Positions 58,667 through 64,000 of a stretch of DNA of 64,000 nt are shown here, piece after piece. The stretch's first letter is position 1, and the number at the start of each line of letters is the position of its first letter. The position numbers and the translations under genes are program-made. Source of the DNA: Phallusia mammillata (lineage: Eukaryota); the NCBI GenBank assembly GCA_965637545.1, contig OZ281498.1, positions 4,650,001 through 4,714,000 of the forward strand, given 5' to 3'. The notes below the pieces were generated by a model, which made no database searches, was not told where the DNA came from, and saw only the letters and a list, made by a program, of their open reading frames with translations.

Positions 58667-59256
58667 TTAGGACTTGGCAAGAACACAAAGACAAACACCA
58701 ACAAGAATTAGTCCGGCGCCAAGTAACTGGGCTGCATGTACATGTAATTATTTGGCCTTATGTGACAACAACTGTATTTCACAATAGCATTACCTGCTTT
58801 AAATTTTTCACCCAGCCAGTATCCAGTAATAGTAGTCAATGTAAGAGTTAAAGAGTTTGCAACTGGCACAGCTAATGATAGTTCTACAACAAAAAGCAAC
58901 TTATAAACCAACTTGTTGAGCTACACTATTACAATACATGAGTATTGATTAAGAGACTTAGCAGACTAGAGTACTTTGTGGAATAGGATACTTATTACTT
59001 ACAACAATAAAAAAACTATTTTTAAAACATTTAGGAAAAGATACTGACCTGTGATTGACAATGCAAAGAAGTAAAAAACTGATCCAAACTGGTTAATAAG
59101 GAGTGGTGCAACGCATTTCCAGTTGCACAAAATGAACCACAGTTTTGCTACAATACCATTCTGATTTTCAATTCCCGACCCACCGCGTTTCAAATATGGA
59201 TTGGTAATTCCCCAGCACATGGAAGTTAAAAACAGCAAACCAAGCTCATGCAGCAT
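58667..59256 (-). CDS. TMEM234: Transmembrane protein 234 homologue, 120 aa
   Basis: Exons 59256-59049, 58883-58794 and 58731-58667, with both introns phase 1. The motifs CWGITNPYLKRG, PLLINQFGSVFYF, LSLAVPVANSLT, GYWLGE and GAGLILVGVCLC match recalled TMEM234. Confidence 0.92.
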
Positions 59257-59711
59257 TTTGCTTGCGTAAATTATTTGTCTTTGCTGCTGCTAGTGGCAAT
59301 GACAAATCAATCCCAAGCATTTTGTGATTTTTCTCATTAGCGTACAAAAACAATTCGGTACACTAACACGTTAAAAAACAATATATGGGTATGTAACACT
59401 TTTAAATATTTTGATCCCTTATTTATATGTGTTTACTACAAATAGACACACCTTTTGTCGAGGCAAAATATTATTTTTGAAGGCTTAACATTAGTTAGGG
59501 GATTTTTCCTGAATATTCACGCATGACTGAGCCTGCTGTTGATGACTGAAACGGGAAAATTGTTAAACAATGGCAATAAATTTAGACATAAACGATCGAC
59601 AGTTACTCTAGTCATCATCTTTGTAATTTCAAGTGTTGCATGAGCACACCAGTTTAAGTTTTATCTACAATTACATCTTTTTGGTTTGCCCAGTATCATA
59701 TAATAGGGAAA

Positions 59712-60575
59712 ATGTTTTCCAGGCTATTTTGTAGTAAAACTTTCAATGGTCAATCTGTATTAGAAATGATCCCAAGGTTGACACGTTTGTTTTTCAACAA
59801 TTTAAGATACTTAACACAACCAAATCCTTGCGTAAATGCATGCCTACAGTCAAACATTGGTCAACATTTGTTGCACAGAAATACTCAATGTTTCCTTCAA
59901 GCTGATGCTTTAAAGAAGGTCGAAAATCAAAGGTTGTTCTCTGTATCCTGTGCAGTTTGGAAAAGTAAAAAAGGAAAGGCAGCTGCTGATAAATTTAAGC
60001 AGATTGTGAACCCTAGAGATGTTGAAGAGTATGTTGATTTGATAACCTTTGAAAATAATCTCAAAGAAATAGTTCAGCAGCTTCAAGATGATTTGTCAAA
60101 AAACTTCAGGATTGGTGGAGATCTTTCAGTCTTTGAACAAATTGCTGTAACTGTTGATAATGAACATGTAAACTTAAGTGATGTAGGGCTGATAGTAAAG
60201 GCTTCACCAAGGCTTATCACAATTGACATGTACGCATATCCTGAGTTAATTCCACAGATAAAATCTGCATTACAAGATAGTTTATCAAACATCAACTTGT
60301 CTGTGACTGGTTCGATAATTAAAGTTCAAGTTTCTCAGGCAACTGCTGAATATCGAAGAGACCTTGTAAAAAAAGTTAAAGCACGGGTTGGTGTTTGCAA
60401 ATCGGATTTACACACCATGGTAACTCAACTTACAAATTCAACATTTGCACTTGAAGGTGTCAGTGTTGATGTGAAAAAAAACCTTTCGGAACAACTGAAG
60501 TTGTATAATCAACATTATGTGTCTAAAGTGGATCAAATTTTTAAAAACAAGGAGGCAGCTCTTTTGAATCCATAG
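59712..60575 (+). CDS. MRRF: Mitochondrial ribosome recycling factor, single exon, 287 aa
   Basis: Continuous ORF with an N-terminal transit-peptide-like segment, followed by KSKKGK, VEEYVDL, ASPRLITIDMYAYPE, SIIKVQVSQATAEYRRDLVK and KNKEAALL. These parallel recalled MRRF motifs (KSPQLILVNMASFPE, VTREHREMLVK). The sequence is divergent. Confidence 0.85.
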   Translation: MFSRLFCSKTFNGQSVLEMIPRLTRLFFNNLRYLTQPNPCVNACLQSNIGQHLLHRNTQCFLQADALKKVENQRLFSVSCAVWKSKKGKAAADKFKQIVNPRDVEEYVDLITFENNLKEIVQQLQDDLSKNFRIGGDLSVFEQIAVTVDNEHVNLSDVGLIVKASPRLITIDMYAYPELIPQIKSALQDSLSNINLSVTGSIIKVQVSQATAEYRRDLVKKVKARVGVCKSDLHTMVTQLTNSTFALEGVSVDVKKNLSEQLKLYNQHYVSKVDQIFKNKEAALLNP

Positions 60576-63500
60576 TGAAAATAGACTACCAGAAAAATAT
60601 TTCATTTTAAAAAAAAAGTGCTTGCCGTTTTGTTTTCAACAGTGTTTTTGTACATTGAACTAACCTAATGCACAGCTGTTTTTAAAGCATACGAAGTATC
60701 AATGCAAAACATTTGTATACTGCTACCAGTTATTGAAAGGTGGTTAAAATATGGGAGAAAGATATTCATGCACTTCTAAAAGTGTAACACCTTGTAATAA
60801 CGGTACTTAAAACCATAATATACAAAAAACAAAAACTGAACCAACTTTGTTTAATGTCTCACAGCTGCATTTATGATTGTTGTATGACAAATAAACACAC
60901 TAACGTTTGCCCAATAGTGTAGTTGCTTATTATTCAGTACTGTTGAAATTTATAAATTCTACAAGTGGAAGAACCATATACTTCGACTTTAGCATGTTTT
61001 TTTAGGGCTGGCAAACTTTTGACAAGTCTCGGCACGTGATAAACTACATAACGAACAGTGTTGCTAGAGGTGCGACACCTTAAAGTTGGTTATTTAGGTT
61101 TAGACGCCAAAAAAACTTTACCAAAACAGCAAAAACTTGCTAAAAATGGCCACAAAGCAAATTTAAACTCTGGAAGCGGAATGGCCTCGTTAACACAGTA
61201 TGACTTCGTGAGGCAGATGAAATAGATTCGATTTTTAGTATTCTTAGAAATTCCGACATAATCTATACCTAATTAATACGACTCTGCATCCGTGATCACA
61301 AATATTAGTTTCATTTTAACTTAATTATGTTGTTATGGTACCCTTAAAAACACCTTCGATGTATTTAATGAGCAAGTAGACTTACACTATATTCAGCTAT
61401 TTTTCAGCAACTCGGTTGGGACAACAATAATGTCAAAACTTTACTTCTTGAGAAGCCCGGTTCGTTTAAAATGGAAAATGTGACGTCACTATTCCTGCTG
61501 TGTGATACAACGGCGGTAGAGGGTAGTGGTGAGACGAAAAGGTCTATCACAAAGTTCGTGCCTCAAACAAAACCGTATGTTAAACTTTCATGGAAAAACA
61601 CACTTAGTTTTACAATCAATTTGATTAGTTTTAGTATTGGTTTTACAATCAGAAGCGCAGCAGGTAGCTACGCGGTGGGTAAGATTATATACCACTTTAT
61701 ATCGGCTGGGACGTAAATATTGCATTGCCGTTTGCAAACATGTGTTGTGACTTACTCTTTTTCGCGTGCTTAACTGCTACGCATGTCGTAGGCTATATAA
61801 CTTGCACTTTGTAGTGTATGCTGTAAAAATTGCAATGTATTTCACTCGAGTATTGTAGGCTATTAGCAAAAACGTGATTTACATGAAGACAATAAACAGT
61901 CTAAGATCAATAGATAAAACTGGCATGTGTCTAAAAGTCATATCAATGGTCTATTTCTTGCCTTTGGCAACAAATGACATTAGTTAAGACACTTATATGC
62001 AAATACCTCGTTACAGCAATGAAATATCAACCCAAATGGAACAAGACCTGTCGTTTTCGTCAGAATTGACGCGCTCAAGTAACCCAGACGGAAAGCGCTA
62101 AAGGGAGAATTTCACGGCATTTCCGTGTTTATCGATAACACAGGCTTCAAAGAACATGCAAATGGTATTCAAAATCTCTGAGTTGGCGGTACAGGATTAT
62201 CATAATGACTGCCAAGTCAACAATTTCCAGTGGAATGGCACGTCAACTCTACAACACATTGGAAGCGATAAAAGATCGAGAATAAACTGTGATATCCAAA
62301 CACAGTGCTCAACAAATTATGCGCAAATCTATCTACCCTTTTTCGTTCTCCGCAGGCTGCTTTTATTGCAATTAACACAATAATTGTTTTGTAAGCAACT
62401 TTTTCTTAAACACAGTAACCTAGTTTTGCGGCTTTCTAAAATCGCGAATGATTGAATAATTTTGGAATATAACGATTTCAAAAACCAATGGTTTAAGAAC
62501 GGCATGGCAGCCTAACTTTTTTCTTTAGTTTGAAGAAACGTTGCTCTAAAAAATACATAAAATCACTTTCTATTTGTGTTTGTAAAAAATGATGAACCAG
62601 TCTACCAGCGCAAGGCAAAATCAATCAAAATTGGTTTTGCGATGGTTTTTATTGTTGGTTAAAAAAAATCAATCCTAATCAACAATGGTTATTGGCATGC
62701 GGCACCTTAAACCTGTCGTTATTCGCTTTGTACTCTTCAACTGTCGCGTGTAATTTTCTCACCGCAATGTCATCTGGTAAGCCTGAAAATCATGTGGACA
62801 TCGGCGGTTGCGTTTCGCATATGCTTGTGTCGTGTGCTTTACTTTTTTCTCCACAGACTTGTGTAGCCCGTAAGCCTTGTGCATGATCGGCAAATTTACA
62901 CTCAAGAAGTACGTTTTAGAGATTTTAGACGTTTAGAGACGTTTTAGAAGAGTTTTTTAGAAACAGTCGCAACAGGCTACAAGTTATTGCAATTGACTTC
63001 AACGACCATCAATTATTTGTTCAAAAACGCTGAAGTGCTTCCCAAGGGTGGAGAAAGCAGGCTCGTTTGAAACTCACTTCACCCTTCGAATAAGTTTCCA
63101 AAAGCAAGAAAACGTTTGCTGTTGGTCGAAAATACCGAGATAATCCAGTTTGCCTTCACACATGATCCTATGGTTCATTCTCAGTTCTCGATTTACGATC
63201 AAGTCACTTCACCATAGCAACCGAATAGAGGAAGTCAGGTCAGACAAATGACGTATCAAGGTTTTCAATGAAGAAAAAGACGTTCGAAAGGCCGTGTTCC
63301 AGGGCGTTATCTGGGCCATGTACGCTTCCAGACGTGAAACGCTTGGTTTTTAGCCTAGTCGCCACGTTTTTGGCGTTGGTGCATTTGTTGTCTGTTGCCC
63401 AAACGCGTATTGACGTCGCAGCGTTTTAGCCGAAATCGTCAGACGTTGCGTTTTGTTTTGAAAAATGCTGCTTTAAATCGTGGAGGGCATCCGCGCTTGT

Positions 63501-64000
63501 GTTTACGGTAGAAGTGATCGGCAGAGGGACTTCCACCTTGTGCTGCACAACCACGAACGGCGAAGTGACTAATCACACGCACGTAAGCCTATAGTAGTGC
63601 TAAAACGATCAAGTAAGGACGAAATGGTGCAAGCAGGACTGGAAACGCCCGTTTAGGGGTTCGTGCAGTAGTTAAGCAAAGGTCAGAATCACTCATGACT
63701 TGCAGTGCTAGCAGATAAGCTTACGTGGATTATTACAATTGATTGACCGTGTAAGTAAAAAACGTATGCGTATGAAGGTTAACACACGTTGATATGTGAC
63801 ATGTTTTATTGAATAGAGAAAAATGTATAAACAACGTTTTTCAGCCATGCCACCTCCCTTACGGTTTCTCCCCAAGAGTATTTTTCGCCTTAAAGCTGCA
63901 AAATTAATAATTTTAAACGAAGCTAAGTTGTGCAAACCTCTGATTGATCAAATGGCTTTATAATTTACTTTTAAAATGCATTGGATTCAGAGAACCTAAC

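Overview
Intron-dense, AT-rich animal genomic DNA with many 53-70 nt introns. It is most probably an invertebrate chordate such as an ascidian/tunicate; this is inferred from gene content, intron size and gene packing. Most entries in the supplied ORF track are exon fragments or noise, so I rebuilt the genes by hand from GT-AG/GC-AG junctions with phase checking. Left to right: the 3' half of a delta-type ionotropic glutamate receptor (GRID-like, +); an uncharacterised 188-aa protein with two CxxC pairs (-); a ~42-exon GREB1/GREB1L orthologue (+); TFIIS/TCEA (+); a three-exon secreted peptide precursor the ORF track misses (+); two tandem type II transmembrane serine proteases (+); NR2C2AP and TMEM234 (-); and an intronless mitochondrial ribosome recycling factor MRRF (+). 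At least ten non-autonomous hAT-type MITEs or fragments are present, several with perfect 8-bp target-site duplications. Three features stand out. (1) A candidate novel disulfide-looped, amidated peptide hormone/neuropeptide precursor at 39072-41022. (2) The TMEM234 stop codon and NR2C2AP start codon are separated by a single base (TAA-A-ATG), with a splice-acceptor-like site inside the last TMEM234 codons. (3) Protease 1 carries two tandem zymogen-activation exons ahead of one catalytic domain, while its paralogue appears to have decayed the first. No tRNA, rRNA or CRISPR array was recognised. All homology calls come from recalled sequence motifs, not from database searches.
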